Positions 1 through 9,176 are shown, counted from the stretch's first letter. The stretch: DNA of 32,000 bases from Nostoc punctiforme PCC 73102 (GCF_000020025.1 NC_010631.1:270001-302000); one strand, 5' to 3'. The notes: generated from the sequence alone by a model not told the origin. Translations and numbers: made by a program.

Positions 1-32
1 ACCATCTGTCGCATTCTTTTTTCAAATTGGTA

Positions 33-362
33 TTAGGTAATCCATATCAAATTAACTTTGTCCCCTATCATCCCCATACGTACTATAAATTCATACCCAT
101 CATCAGCAAAACTCAGCTTCCACAAATAGGTCTGAGTTTCTCCTTGTTTGAGATCACCGAAATAAGTGGTTGTATAACCTTCAGACATACGAGGAATTAG
201 TGGAGAGCTAACTTGGTCAAAAATTTCTTTGGTAATATCTGTTCTGTAGTTGGAATCACCAACTGTGAGAAAAAGGTCGTAATTTCCCGTAGCCGTAGCA
301 TCCAAAATAGTTTGCAAACAATTAATCACGTTTTCAGGAGGATTTGTTGAATTCATAATCAT
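33..362 (-). CDS. hypothetical protein (109 aa)
   Basis: Uninterrupted ATG-started ORF with no competing ORF. No motif recognised. Confidence 0.45.
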   Translation of the reverse strand: MIMNSTNPPENVINCLQTILDATATGNYDLFLTVGDSNYRTDITKEIFDQVSSPLIPRMSEGYTTTYFGDLKQGETQTYLWKLSFADDGYEFIVRMGMIGDKVNLIWIT

Positions 363-488
363 GCTCTTATGTTTGGTGTGGCCAGGTATACTAAGCTTTC
401 ATCCAAAGATTCAAATTTTTTGCATAAGTCAAAATTATTACAAAACTTTGCATTATTCGTTTTTAACGCATCACACTTGTTACTCATT

Positions 489-998
489 TTAGTGAACCAA
501 CACCCCATCCACAATCGCAATCCCCCACTGCGGGAACTTCACCAGTAGCTTCTTGATCACAATCTGCAACACCGGATCATCCCAAGACTCTTGCAAATAC
601 TCAAACCCCGGATTCTGCCCCGAATTCGCCGCAACCTTGAGTTTCTGCATCCGCCCTGGCCGCATATTTGATCTCGCTACAATCGCCTCATGCGACCATT
701 TATCAACGACGGGTGCGGCGGAACAAGCACCTTCATGATCTGCTTTGACTTCTACACCCGAAACTGAGTTTTCAACTAACAACGAAGTGGGATTACACTG
801 TTCTACCTGCCCCTGAGTTTGATTAGCGTAGACGTGAAACGGCTTGTCGCTAGACATCGCTGCATTCGCTAACGACTGAACCAACCGCGCACTATAGAAC
901 TCCTGCTGTAAAAGAGACAGAACACTCAGCACACTCAATTCAGACCAATCCCCCAAATCCTCGTTGTGCAGAGATATAAAAGAGGTGTCCAAAAGCAC
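489..998 (-). CDS. short paralog of the 12184-13665 protein (HEGxCSAAPV unit plus C-terminal KFPQWGI module)
   Basis: The C-terminal approx. 100 aa (YANQTQGQVEQ...HEGACSAAPV...NPGFEYLQESWDDPVLQIVIKKLLVKFPQWGIAIVDGVLVH) align with the C-terminus of the 493-aa protein at 12184-13665. The N-terminal half is unrelated, so this may be a truncated gene. Confidence 0.5.
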   Translation of the reverse strand: MLLDTSFISLHNEDLGDWSELSVLSVLSLLQQEFYSARLVQSLANAAMSSDKPFHVYANQTQGQVEQCNPTSLLVENSVSGVEVKADHEGACSAAPVVDKWSHEAIVARSNMRPGRMQKLKVAANSGQNPGFEYLQESWDDPVLQIVIKKLLVKFPQWGIAIVDGVLVH

Positions 999-1181
999 AA
1001 ACTTTAAAGACGGCTAAAAAATTGGTGTTGCGAGATTCGCATAATGGATGATGATACCATGCTAGAAAGAGCGGTGTCAGCCGCAGTCTTTCTTCAAAGG
1101 AGCAGCTAAATTTCTTTGCCCTAACTTAAAGCGATTGTCCAAGCTTTTTCAGAGCATGGAAAACCATAAAGAGAAATCCAA

Positions 1182-1919
1182 ATGAACTACGACATCAAAG
1201 ACAAAACCATTTTGGTTACGGGCGCAAATCGCGGCATCGGCAAGGCGATAGTTGAGTCATTTATTGAACACGGAGCCACCAAAGTCTATGCGGCTGTTCG
1301 TCAGCTCAACAGTGTCTCCTCATTGGTTGAGCAATACGGCTTACGGGTAGTACCAATTCCGGTTGATTTAGGCGATCCCCAATCTATTGTTGCTGCTGCT
1401 CAAACTGCCCCAGATGTGCAAATAGTTATCAATAATGCAGGAGTCTTTCAAGCTGGAACTCCCTTAGCTGAGAATGCGATCGCCGCTCTCGAATTTCAGA
1501 TGAAGATCAATGTATATGGATTGCTCTACATGGCTCAGGCGTTTTCCCCGATACTCAAAGCCAATGGAGGTGGTGTCTTTGTCCAAATCAATTCTGTTGC
1601 TTCGCTCAAGGGTTTCCCTGACTCTGCCACTTACTGTGCCTCAAAAGCTGCTGCCTATTCAATCACCCAGGCATTACGAGAACTATTGAGTGAGCAGGAC
1701 ACGCTTGTGCTAAGTGTTCACCCTGGCCCGATTGCCACGGATATGGGCGATGCGGCAGGAATGAGCCAGGTTGCACAGCCACCTGCACTTGTGGCAGACG
1801 GGATAATAAAAGCTCTCAAAGCTGGGGATTTTCACGTCTTTCCTGACTCGATAGCGAAACAAATGGGCGATGTTTATAAAAGCTTTGCCCAAAATGTCAT
1901 TGAGGTGTCATCAAGTTAG
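1182..1919 (+). CDS. short-chain dehydrogenase/reductase (SDR) family oxidoreductase
   Basis: Contains [10 protein letters not shown] (the TGxxxGIG Rossmann motif), INNAGV, and the catalytic S...YCASKAA (YxxxK). The length of 245 aa is typical of classical SDRs. Confidence 0.9.
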   Translation: MNYDIKDKTILVTGANRGIGKAIVESFIEHGATKVYAAVRQLNSVSSLVEQYGLRVVPIPVDLGDPQSIVAAAQTAPDVQIVINNAGVFQAGTPLAENAIAALEFQMKINVYGLLYMAQAFSPILKANGGGVFVQINSVASLKGFPDSATYCASKAAAYSITQALRELLSEQDTLVLSVHPGPIATDMGDAAGMSQVAQPPALVADGIIKALKAGDFHVFPDSIAKQMGDVYKSFAQNVIEVSSS

Positions 1920-2001
1920 CTACATTGCAGGGGAACGCTCTAGACAAGGGTATCTGGGTATTAAACAGCAAGCCCAAACTCTTCTCGATTGTACAGATTC
2001 A

Positions 2002-2272
2002 CTACTCCTCCCAATCCACCAACACGCCATCAACATAAGCAATCCCCCACTGCGGAAACTTCACCAGCAGTTTCTTGATCACTATCACAAGCGCTGGATC
2101 ATCATTCCAACACCAGAGCAAGAACTCAAACCCCGAATTTTGCTCCGAATTCGCCGCAACTTTGATTTTCTGCATAGGTTCCAGTCGCATATTTGACCTC
2201 GTTACAATCGCCTTATGCGATCATTTTTCAGCACTGGTGATAGGTGCGGCGGGACTTTTATCTTCATCACCC
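2002..2272 (-). pseudogene. degenerate fragment of the KFPQWGI-module gene family
   Basis: The minus-strand translation reads GDEDKSPAAPITSAEK*SHKAIVTRSNMRLEPMQKIKVAANSEQNSGFEFLLWCWNDDPALVIVIKKLLVKFPQWGIAYVDGVLVDWEE. A TGA at 2221-2223 sits where the paralog at 489-998 has W (VVDKWSHEAIVARSNM). No N-terminal part is present. Confidence 0.7.
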
Positions 2273-2485
2273 CTGTAACAATTGCATAAAAATATGCTGC
2301 CGCAGTTTCAACAATAGAAGTGATGGTCAGTTTATTCAGTAGAGATACGATGGCAGTTCCGTATGAGCGATCGCAGTAAACTTGACCTGTTGTGTCTCAG
2401 GTTTCTTCCCGTAGCTATAAACAGCAATAAACATGGCTTCCTGTACATTTGATTCCTGAATTCTGGTAGACATCGCACCGAAACT

Positions 2486-3247
2486 TCAGCTTGATTCAAG
2501 GTTCACGTAGACTGTAGAAAAATCCAGTCGCTTCAAGTCTTCTCTATGAATGAGTACTTGCAGGTAGCCAGCATCGCCAAACATCACCTCAACTGCACTG
2601 CTAGAATCGACTTCCAACAAGTTATGCCAGTTCTGGGCGCGAGTCATGTCTAAGGCCTGCCGTTGCTCGTAGTTGTAAAGCCATTCGGGGTTAACCTCCC
2701 TAACTATATAAGCATCCTCCCGTGGATCATGTCCAATGCCCGAAACATGACCGAGCAGCTTACCGACACTGTTTTCACTGAGAGTTCTACCCAAATCATT
2801 TAACTTGAGTTCGTCCAAGTTGAGACGAGCGCACAGCCGCTCAAAATCATTTGTTGCCCAACGCGGGATATCGGGAAACAACTCAAACTCTAGACGGTGA
2901 GCTACTAAATTATCGTAGCAATCCGTAATCAAGCGAGTATCTTGGCTTAAATGTATCGCCTCTAAAGGTTCGCTCCCATCGTAAAATACTAGTTGCTCGG
3001 CACTATTTTCACTTTCATCAGCAAACAGATAAAGCATTCCCCGCTTTGTCAAAGGATTGTCTGGAAAAGTGGGTAATTCAGCAAAGTTAATCTGCAAGAT
3101 AAAGCAAAGGTAGCGGTCTAAAAGACTGTTTTTAGGCCAAGGAACGGACAAGGGTAAATCAGGAACTCCCCCAATACGGCTTTGTCCTTTATGTCCTGGT
3201 TCAGCTTGTCCAAGCTTTAACAAGATAGCCGGACGCACACTTGCCAA
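2486..3247 (-). CDS. DUF1963 (YwqG-like) domain protein
   Basis: The motifs SRIGGVPDLP, CFILQINFAELP, MLYLF and MFGDAGYLQVLI match the DUF1963/YwqG family pattern as I recall it. Confidence 0.7.
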   Translation of the reverse strand: MASVRPAILLKLGQAEPGHKGQSRIGGVPDLPLSVPWPKNSLLDRYLCFILQINFAELPTFPDNPLTKRGMLYLFADESENSAEQLVFYDGSEPLEAIHLSQDTRLITDCYDNLVAHRLEFELFPDIPRWATNDFERLCARLNLDELKLNDLGRTLSENSVGKLLGHVSGIGHDPREDAYIVREVNPEWLYNYEQRQALDMTRAQNWHNLLEVDSSSAVEVMFGDAGYLQVLIHREDLKRLDFSTVYVNLESS

Positions 3248-3397
3248 AATATCATCTTGATACTCTGATAAGTGTGATTTGAAACAAAAAATGAGATTTT
3301 AACTCATGATATGCTTCAGAAATGAGTATCCAGTTTATAGTTCACTTTTAATATTCGAGTTTTTTTACTAATAATGATTATCGTATAAGAGATAAAA

Positions 3398-3447
3398 AGC
3401 GACGTTTGTATCAATTCTTCAGAGCGACGTTTGTATCAATTCTTCAG
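3398..3447. repeat. perfect 25-bp tandem duplication (AGCGACGTTTGTATCAATTCTTCAG x2)
   Basis: Read directly: 3398-3422 is identical to 3423-3447. The pair is flanked by an imperfect inverted repeat, AATAATGATTATC (approx. 3371-3383) and GATTATCATTATT (approx. 3451-3463). Confidence 0.9.
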
Positions 3448-3772
3448 CTTGATTATCATTATTATTCAGCTACAATTTGAGTAGGCGATCGCTTAACAAC
3501 AGAGCGATCGCTTGGACAATGAAATATTTGATTTTTACTCAGATATCTACTAAAACAAAAGTTTTGAACCATAATATGGGTATTTGAACCATATTCTGAA
3601 TTGAAAGTTTAAGTTAGAGCAATTTTGTCAGGGATTTTTTGTGCAAGTTTTGTCCACTTGTGTTTTTTCAACTCATTCTCTAGTTATGATTCAGAATTTC
3701 AACTCTCACTCACAATTTGATTCAAAGTTTTAATTTTTGATTAGCGCGAAAGGCTGAATTTTCGTTAACTTT

Positions 3773-3823
3773 TGTCACTTAAAGGATATTGTGGCCGTTT
3801 TTAAAGCATAAAGTGGCCGCAGT
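3773..3823 (+). repeat. Tn7-like terminal inverted repeat, tniQ-proximal end
   Basis: TGTCACTTAAAGGATATTGTGGCCGTTTTTAAAGCATAAAGTGGCCGCAGT. It contains two GTGGCCG sub-repeats 22 bp apart, which are candidate TnsB-binding sites. Confidence 0.9.
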
Positions 3824-3857
3824 AGTAAAACCTTAGAGAAAGGCGAATAAATAAGAT

Positions 3858-5444
3858 TTACTGTGAAAGATCCAGTCTTATCTGCCTTAAAACATCAATT
3901 ACCTCAGCCTGCCACAGCAAAGAGGGATGAGGCATAAATTTTCTGAGATTTTTAGCAGTAGGGGTAATGCCTTGTGCATGAAGTACTGAAGCGAGTTGGC
4001 GTACTTCTCGACAGCCTTGCTCAATAGCTAGTTTATGGACGAATTTGCGGTAATCTTTATAGCGTAAAGAAATAGCATGGCACACAATAGGGCAATAGTG
4101 GTAGAAAGTAGCCAAACCAATACCAGTTCTCTTAGCTATTTTTCTTAGAGAAGGTGGTGGATACTCGTCGCTAAACAAAGCTAATTCAAGTATGTCTCTG
4201 ATGTGTAAAAATCTTAGCTGCTGTTGATATTCACTATATCTAGTAGCCAAAGATGCTGATAAAGATTTTGAGCAAGCAGTTAAACTACTAGGAGTTTTGA
4301 ATCCTAAACGAACAGCTAATTGAGTTAAAGAAGGAGGTGGTTCTTCTTCTTGAGCTAGTTGCATCGCCTGAATAACTCGTTCGCACTTAGGACTACTATT
4401 TGAAGTAACTAAAGCAGACTGTGATGATAATTTTTTCTGTTTAGGAGCAGGTAGAGAAACTAGCTGCTTAAGAGTAAGAGGTAGTATTTTAAGTTGAAGA
4501 AAATCGACAAGATTAGTTGATAAGGCGTAGCAGATTTTCAAAAGTTTATCTAAATTTGGGATGGCTACACCTGAATACCAATGTAGAATTTCATATCTCG
4601 ATAACCCAAGCCAACGACCAAAAGCGGAAACATTACCTTGAGTATATTGATAGACGTAAGCTTCTAGGATTGTTTTAATAGTCTCTCTTGGAGGTGGACA
4701 AGGAAATTCAGGAGCTTGAGCAATTAAATCTCCTAAAGTCTTAACTATCCAAATCTCTTGCTGTAAATTGGGTATCTCCTCGAACAATCTCTTATCTGGC
4801 AAAGATACTTCATAGTTCATCCCCAACCAACCACCACATTTCAGACAAAATCCAGGTCGTGAGTTATGCCACAGGTGTAAAAATTCAAGGTCACAGTGAG
4901 GACATTTTGATTCTAAAAATCGATAATGGATGGGACAAATGTTAGCTGGTTTCAAAGCCCACAGCAGAGGTGAATAAATGACTTGTTGATTATTTAACCA
5001 GTCTTGATAGCAATAAGGACACCAAGCATGAGAATGCTTGAGCAATCCCAAAACTGGGAAGACTTTTGCCCAAGGTAGCATTGTCAAAAACTGTAAGTCA
5101 GTACGTTTTGTCAATATTTCTAGAGCAAAAACCAGTTGTTTAGCTCCAATTTGTGTTCCGTTTAAAGCTTTTACAGAAGCTTGTCCATACAAACTTACGA
5201 TACTTTTAGAATTCAAGGGATTGGTAGTATGGTTATGCCCAACTATTGGTTTTATCTCTCTAGCCAATAAAGTTCCAGGCAATACGCTATGAGCTGCGGC
5301 TAGACGAGCAACATAGCTAGTCAGACTTTCAACATAACAAGTACCAAGTCCAATCGGTTCCAGATGAAACAACCGGCTAGGACTGGGAGTAAATTCTGGG
5401 TCTTTGAGCCACAATTCATCGTTAACCGCCATGTTAGTCATCAT
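3858..5444 (-). CDS. tniQ: TniQ family target-selection protein, long TnsD-like form (528 aa)
   Basis: The N-terminal TniQ domain has LFHLEPIGLGTCYVESLTSYVARLAAAH and Cys/His clusters (CPYC, CPIH, CPHC, CLKCG). The C-terminal half has three HTH-like units, each introduced by PPP(R/S) (PPPRETIKTILEAY, PPPSLTQLAVRLGF, PPPSLRKIAKRTGI). The start overlaps the tnsC stop by 11 nt. Confidence 0.85.
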   Translation of the reverse strand: MMTNMAVNDELWLKDPEFTPSPSRLFHLEPIGLGTCYVESLTSYVARLAAAHSVLPGTLLAREIKPIVGHNHTTNPLNSKSIVSLYGQASVKALNGTQIGAKQLVFALEILTKRTDLQFLTMLPWAKVFPVLGLLKHSHAWCPYCYQDWLNNQQVIYSPLLWALKPANICPIHYRFLESKCPHCDLEFLHLWHNSRPGFCLKCGGWLGMNYEVSLPDKRLFEEIPNLQQEIWIVKTLGDLIAQAPEFPCPPPRETIKTILEAYVYQYTQGNVSAFGRWLGLSRYEILHWYSGVAIPNLDKLLKICYALSTNLVDFLQLKILPLTLKQLVSLPAPKQKKLSSQSALVTSNSSPKCERVIQAMQLAQEEEPPPSLTQLAVRLGFKTPSSLTACSKSLSASLATRYSEYQQQLRFLHIRDILELALFSDEYPPPSLRKIAKRTGIGLATFYHYCPIVCHAISLRYKDYRKFVHKLAIEQGCREVRQLASVLHAQGITPTAKNLRKFMPHPSLLWQAEVIDVLRQIRLDLSQ

Positions 5445-6573
5445 CTGAATTTACCCCTACATCATCTCTTTTAGGTTTTCTTTGTCCAACACGACCTTTT
5501 TTGAGTAGGGAATTTTTGGCTGGCATTTTTATTCCATGTTCTGTTGAATATTGCCGCTCAAAAAAACTGGATTCTTCTTGAAAGCGTTTAAATCCCTGTT
5601 GTGCTTCTTCCTTAATTTTGTTGATACGAGATGCAGAAAAAGCACCTAATTTAAGATGTTTGCTATTAAGAGTCCGAGCTTCTTCAGAATAGGCAACTCT
5701 CAAAGAACGAGTTAACCAATTCTTCAATAGCCCCACACAACCAACTGAGCCAGAAAAAAGATACTCATAGTGTTGTTCTAATTTTGGTTCTTGTACAAGC
5801 GGAATGTGGCGTTGAAAAGTTCTAATTACTCTAATAAATTCAGCAATATCTTCTGGGTTATCAGCTTGGTAAGGTAACAGGTGAATATCTTCGCTACGCC
5901 GCCCTATTTGCCCATTCAAGGTAGGACAGTTAAGCAGTTCATAAGTTCCAAATAAAATATGTACTGTACCAGTAAGATTAGCAATAGACTTAATCCAGTT
6001 CATTTGCTGTAACATCTGGTGTCCGCCTGCCATCATAAATAAATGCTGTGCCTCGTCTACAGTAAAAGCTTTTACCTGACGATAACGAAATGCTTTTTCC
6101 ATTGCTCGGCGTAATGCGGGCGAATCTTGGCGGTAAGCCCGATTTAGCAACCCCAAATCCTTTACCTCACCGTGAGGAATTTCATAATCAATTTTGTATT
6201 CAATCAAAACTTCCTGAAGGGATTCTAGGGCGCGAGTGTAATAATCTTTATAGCTAAACTTTCCTTGTTCTGTTGGAATAGCTTCAATACCAGCAACAGC
6301 AATTTGACCAGGATTTTGGCGTAATGAGGGGAGAAATTCGTAATTTAGCAGATTTTCCAGACGCAAGCGTAAGGTTGTTTTTCCTACACCAGTCACACCA
6401 AAAACTAAAAATACTAAAGTGTCAGCTGGCTCCAGAATATTAATTAATAAAGTATCTAAGGCTTGTTTGAGCCTTTGATGTGGAATAGTGATACTTTTGA
6501 AATAATCAGTTTTAATTTCGTTCGGCTGTAAGAGAAGTTCTTCTGGAAAAGAGTGCGACTGAATTTTTACCAT
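5434..6573 (-). CDS. tnsC: TnsC/TniB-type AAA+ ATPase
   Basis: Walker A is FGVTGVGKTT and Walker B is FTVDEAQHL. The gene lies between the transposase and tniQ, and its start overlaps the tnsB stop by 7 nt. Confidence 0.85.
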   Translation of the reverse strand: MVKIQSHSFPEELLLQPNEIKTDYFKSITIPHQRLKQALDTLLINILEPADTLVFLVFGVTGVGKTTLRLRLENLLNYEFLPSLRQNPGQIAVAGIEAIPTEQGKFSYKDYYTRALESLQEVLIEYKIDYEIPHGEVKDLGLLNRAYRQDSPALRRAMEKAFRYRQVKAFTVDEAQHLFMMAGGHQMLQQMNWIKSIANLTGTVHILFGTYELLNCPTLNGQIGRRSEDIHLLPYQADNPEDIAEFIRVIRTFQRHIPLVQEPKLEQHYEYLFSGSVGCVGLLKNWLTRSLRVAYSEEARTLNSKHLKLGAFSASRINKIKEEAQQGFKRFQEESSFFERQYSTEHGIKMPAKNSLLKKGRVGQRKPKRDDVGVNSDDD

Positions 6574-9176
6574 AGCTCCTCTGTATTGTAAGCTTCTATT
6601 TTGGTTAAATCTATTAATTTTTTTGCTGATGATTTTGGCTTTTTAATGCTTTCTGAACCTGCCAAAATATTTTTATCTACATCTTGAACATTAGCTGAAT
6701 AATTGTGTTTACTTAATTTACTTTCAATAACTGAGCTTTTTTCAATTAAAACCCAAATATCTTGTTGTGCTAAATCATGTAAGCGTTGTAATAACAAAGT
6801 TTCTTGGGCTTCAGTTCCTTCTAAATATGTAGCTTTTTCTTGGGCAGATAGAGTAATTCTTTGAGCGTGTTTCTGCCTTTTTCGACGTAATTGTGTGCTG
6901 GCTATGTTCACTTCTTTTTCGGAACGATTTTGGAAGGATTTGTAATGTTCAGAAATACAGCGTATCCAACGTCCCTTAACGTAAGCATAAGCAGTCCCCA
7001 TATCAAAAGGGTCGTAACGAATAGGTACATTAGTTCCTTCAATTTCTGGTCTTATGAACGAATCATCAATTGACCAATAGTAGAGATAATTAATTTTCAC
7101 GCCTCTACTTGGTTGAACTTTTGCAGTTCCTTTAGGTGTAGAAGGTAAGGTAAAAATCTTAAAATTATCATCATAAATAATCTGTTTCTGAGGGCGATAA
7201 CCACTTGAATTTAGCCCTGACATAAAAGTTTGACGTGGGCTTTGTCCTAATGTTGGATGTTCTCTGCAATCATAGAATTCGTAACAATATGAACAAAAGT
7301 TTTCGTAGAGTTGATCTAGTGTCCAAACAGCTTGATTTTTGGGATTATTTGATTTCGTGACTTGGCGGACATTCTTAGTAATTTGAGTGTTGCCTCTAAG
7401 ATTATAAAAAAACTCTGTATTTGTAGTTCCAAAAATACGTTCAATAATTGAACCAAATCTGGCTTTCGCAGCTGGTCGCTGCTTTTTGGTACATTCAAAA
7501 GCCGCTAACAAGGTCTCAAAGTATGTACTACTAAATTCTGTCCCACCGTCAACAACTATTGTCTCTGGTAATTTCTCAAATCGCTGTACGCAGATTCTTA
7601 ATACCATCATGCAACTACGGTAGCTTGGCTCGTCAAAAGTTAGGTAAACTGCGAGAATACGTCGGCTGTAAGCATCGATTAACAGAGTTGCCCAAGGTCT
7701 ACCAAGAAGATAACCTGTTCGGGAGCATACTAACTCAATATCCAGTTGCGTATGGTCAATGTGTGCTATCTCAAATGGACGGTCGCCATGACATGGTGTG
7801 GTTAATTTCAACTCCCAATACAATAAAGATTGTTGATAAGCTGCTCTGTTTCCCTTACGTTTTTTTGTTTGCCTATAACCAGAACGATGTTGAATTCTAG
7901 AACAAAATGTAGCGTAGCTAGGCAGCTTATCTGTTAGACCTGCTTTCTCCCATTCTCTTGCTAGAATTCCATAAACAGCTAGTTTGCTTCTTTGTTGAAA
8001 AGTTTCATAATATTCTTCAATTATTTTGTCAATGAAATCTTGAGACGATTGAGAAATTCTGGGTAAGCGATTGCCTCTAGCATTAGAGTTATTTAGCAGC
8101 CCAATATAACCACATTTGTACGCCTTTTGTGCTGCTATAAACTTAGCCTTCCATCTGCGAATAGTACGTTGTGGAACAGTTTCTTTATCTCTATAACTGT
8201 CATTAAGATAAGGTTCAATTACTTCATATCTTCGGTTAGCTTCTGCCAAGTCTTCAGGACTAGCTCTCAAAAAACGCTCCATTGCTTTTGGAGACATTTT
8301 TACTTGATTATGAGTTTTAGGTTCCAGTTGATTGGGTTTAACATCTAAAATATTCAGAATCGTTCCATTATTCGGTTGCGATTTTATCATTTGTACATAA
8401 GCTACCGCGATTTCTTGGTCACGGAAAAGCTGTACTTTTTCTGGCTCTGCTAAGGGTGCGGCACTCAAATTAATGTAAATTTTTTTTGTAGCTATTAAAG
8501 CATTTATGTCATCAGGATTGCTCTGTTGAGTATGAATCATTTCCCAATAACTTATGCCCGGATTTAAGCTAATTAACTTCACCAAATTTTCAGCTATTTC
8601 TGGGTCAATTTGGTAATCTTCAGTAGTATAGGCTTTGAGAAATAGTCGATTTCTGTATTTAATCCAATCAATTTCTGTATCTAACCGAATTCGGTAATAC
8701 AGTCCTAATTTTTCTGCATAAGCAACTGCTGGCAGGTTTAACCACTGCCCATCTTCTGAACGCATATAACGTTGTGATTGTTTAGCTGCTAATTTTTCTA
8801 ATCTTGATTCTGGTTTCCACTCTTCAAAACCTGCACTCCGCTTCCGAATTACGAAAAAGTCTGGTATATGCGAAGCTTTGATTATTTCCCCACTGCTTGA
8901 GGGGAATTCTAGAGTAATTTGATATGCTTGGTCGTAGTATTCGAGTACATCTGCGTCTTCTTCGTACTCCTCTACACCTGGCAATTCAATTTTATGGGAC
9001 TCAAATTGAATAGTTTTTCCCATTTTGCGACTGGCGTAGTCGCCCCGGACATTTATACCACTGCTTTTGACTCGCCGAATTGGTTCAGAGGCACGGATTT
9101 GGGAAATTAATTGCCTAGCCTCTTGTGGTAAATTTACGCCGCGACACCAATCATTAAACTCTTGGTCGCTCAACAT
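6567..9176 (-). CDS. tnsB: TnsB (Mu/retroviral-type DDE transposase) with an N-terminal TnsA-like endonuclease module (869 aa from the ATG)
   Basis: DDE triad candidates are AHIDHTQLD, TIVVDGGTEF and IIERIFGTTNTEF. A Mu-transposase C-terminal motif is present (VKINYLYYWS...VPIRYDPFDMGTAYAYVKGRWIRC). The N-terminal approx. 130 aa carry PD-(D/E)xK-like motifs resembling TnsA: FESHKIE, DADVLEYYDQ, HIPDFFV and FEEWKP. The ATG at 9176 is preferred over the GTG at 9218 used by the ORF track. Confidence 0.85.
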   Translation of the reverse strand: MLSDQEFNDWCRGVNLPQEARQLISQIRASEPIRRVKSSGINVRGDYASRKMGKTIQFESHKIELPGVEEYEEDADVLEYYDQAYQITLEFPSSSGEIIKASHIPDFFVIRKRSAGFEEWKPESRLEKLAAKQSQRYMRSEDGQWLNLPAVAYAEKLGLYYRIRLDTEIDWIKYRNRLFLKAYTTEDYQIDPEIAENLVKLISLNPGISYWEMIHTQQSNPDDINALIATKKIYINLSAAPLAEPEKVQLFRDQEIAVAYVQMIKSQPNNGTILNILDVKPNQLEPKTHNQVKMSPKAMERFLRASPEDLAEANRRYEVIEPYLNDSYRDKETVPQRTIRRWKAKFIAAQKAYKCGYIGLLNNSNARGNRLPRISQSSQDFIDKIIEEYYETFQQRSKLAVYGILAREWEKAGLTDKLPSYATFCSRIQHRSGYRQTKKRKGNRAAYQQSLLYWELKLTTPCHGDRPFEIAHIDHTQLDIELVCSRTGYLLGRPWATLLIDAYSRRILAVYLTFDEPSYRSCMMVLRICVQRFEKLPETIVVDGGTEFSSTYFETLLAAFECTKKQRPAAKARFGSIIERIFGTTNTEFFYNLRGNTQITKNVRQVTKSNNPKNQAVWTLDQLYENFCSYCYEFYDCREHPTLGQSPRQTFMSGLNSSGYRPQKQIIYDDNFKIFTLPSTPKGTAKVQPSRGVKINYLYYWSIDDSFIRPEIEGTNVPIRYDPFDMGTAYAYVKGRWIRCISEHYKSFQNRSEKEVNIASTQLRRKRQKHAQRITLSAQEKATYLEGTEAQETLLLQRLHDLAQQDIWVLIEKSSVIESKLSKHNYSANVQDVDKNILAGSESIKKPKSSAKKLIDLTKIEAYNTEELW

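Noticed and set aside
553-2278. Plus-strand ORFs 553-738, 1870-2196 and 2075-2278 opposite the KFPQWGI-module copies.
   Set aside because: They are antisense shadows of conserved minus-strand coding or pseudogene sequence and have no motifs.
2336-2473. A 45-aa minus-strand ORF (MSTRIQESNVQEAMFIAVYSYGKK...) between the pseudogene and the DUF1963 gene.
   Set aside because: It is short, has no recognisable motif or RBS, and cannot be supported from sequence alone.
3620-3665. TTTTGTCA / TTTTGTCCACTT motifs (about 3623 and about 3649) resembling the transposon terminus TTTTGTCACTT, considered as relics of an older element end.
   Set aside because: Only 8-12 nt match in AT-rich DNA. The orientation is that of a tniQ-side end, which is not expected next to the current insertion under tandem att-site insertion. 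No GTGGCCG sub-repeats accompany them.
3248-3857. A possible CRISPR-associated transposon (type V-K-like): tnsB-tnsC-tniQ in a cyanobacterium, with TTGAAAG/TTTCAAC-like strings (for example ATTGAAAG at about 3600 and TTTCAAC at about 3697) downstream of tniQ.
   Set aside because: No cas12k or other cas ORF is present. There is no repeat-spacer periodicity. The transposon end and TSD lie at 3773, so this DNA is outside the element. TniQ is the long TnsD-like type, not the short CAST type. The strings are too short to be meaningful.
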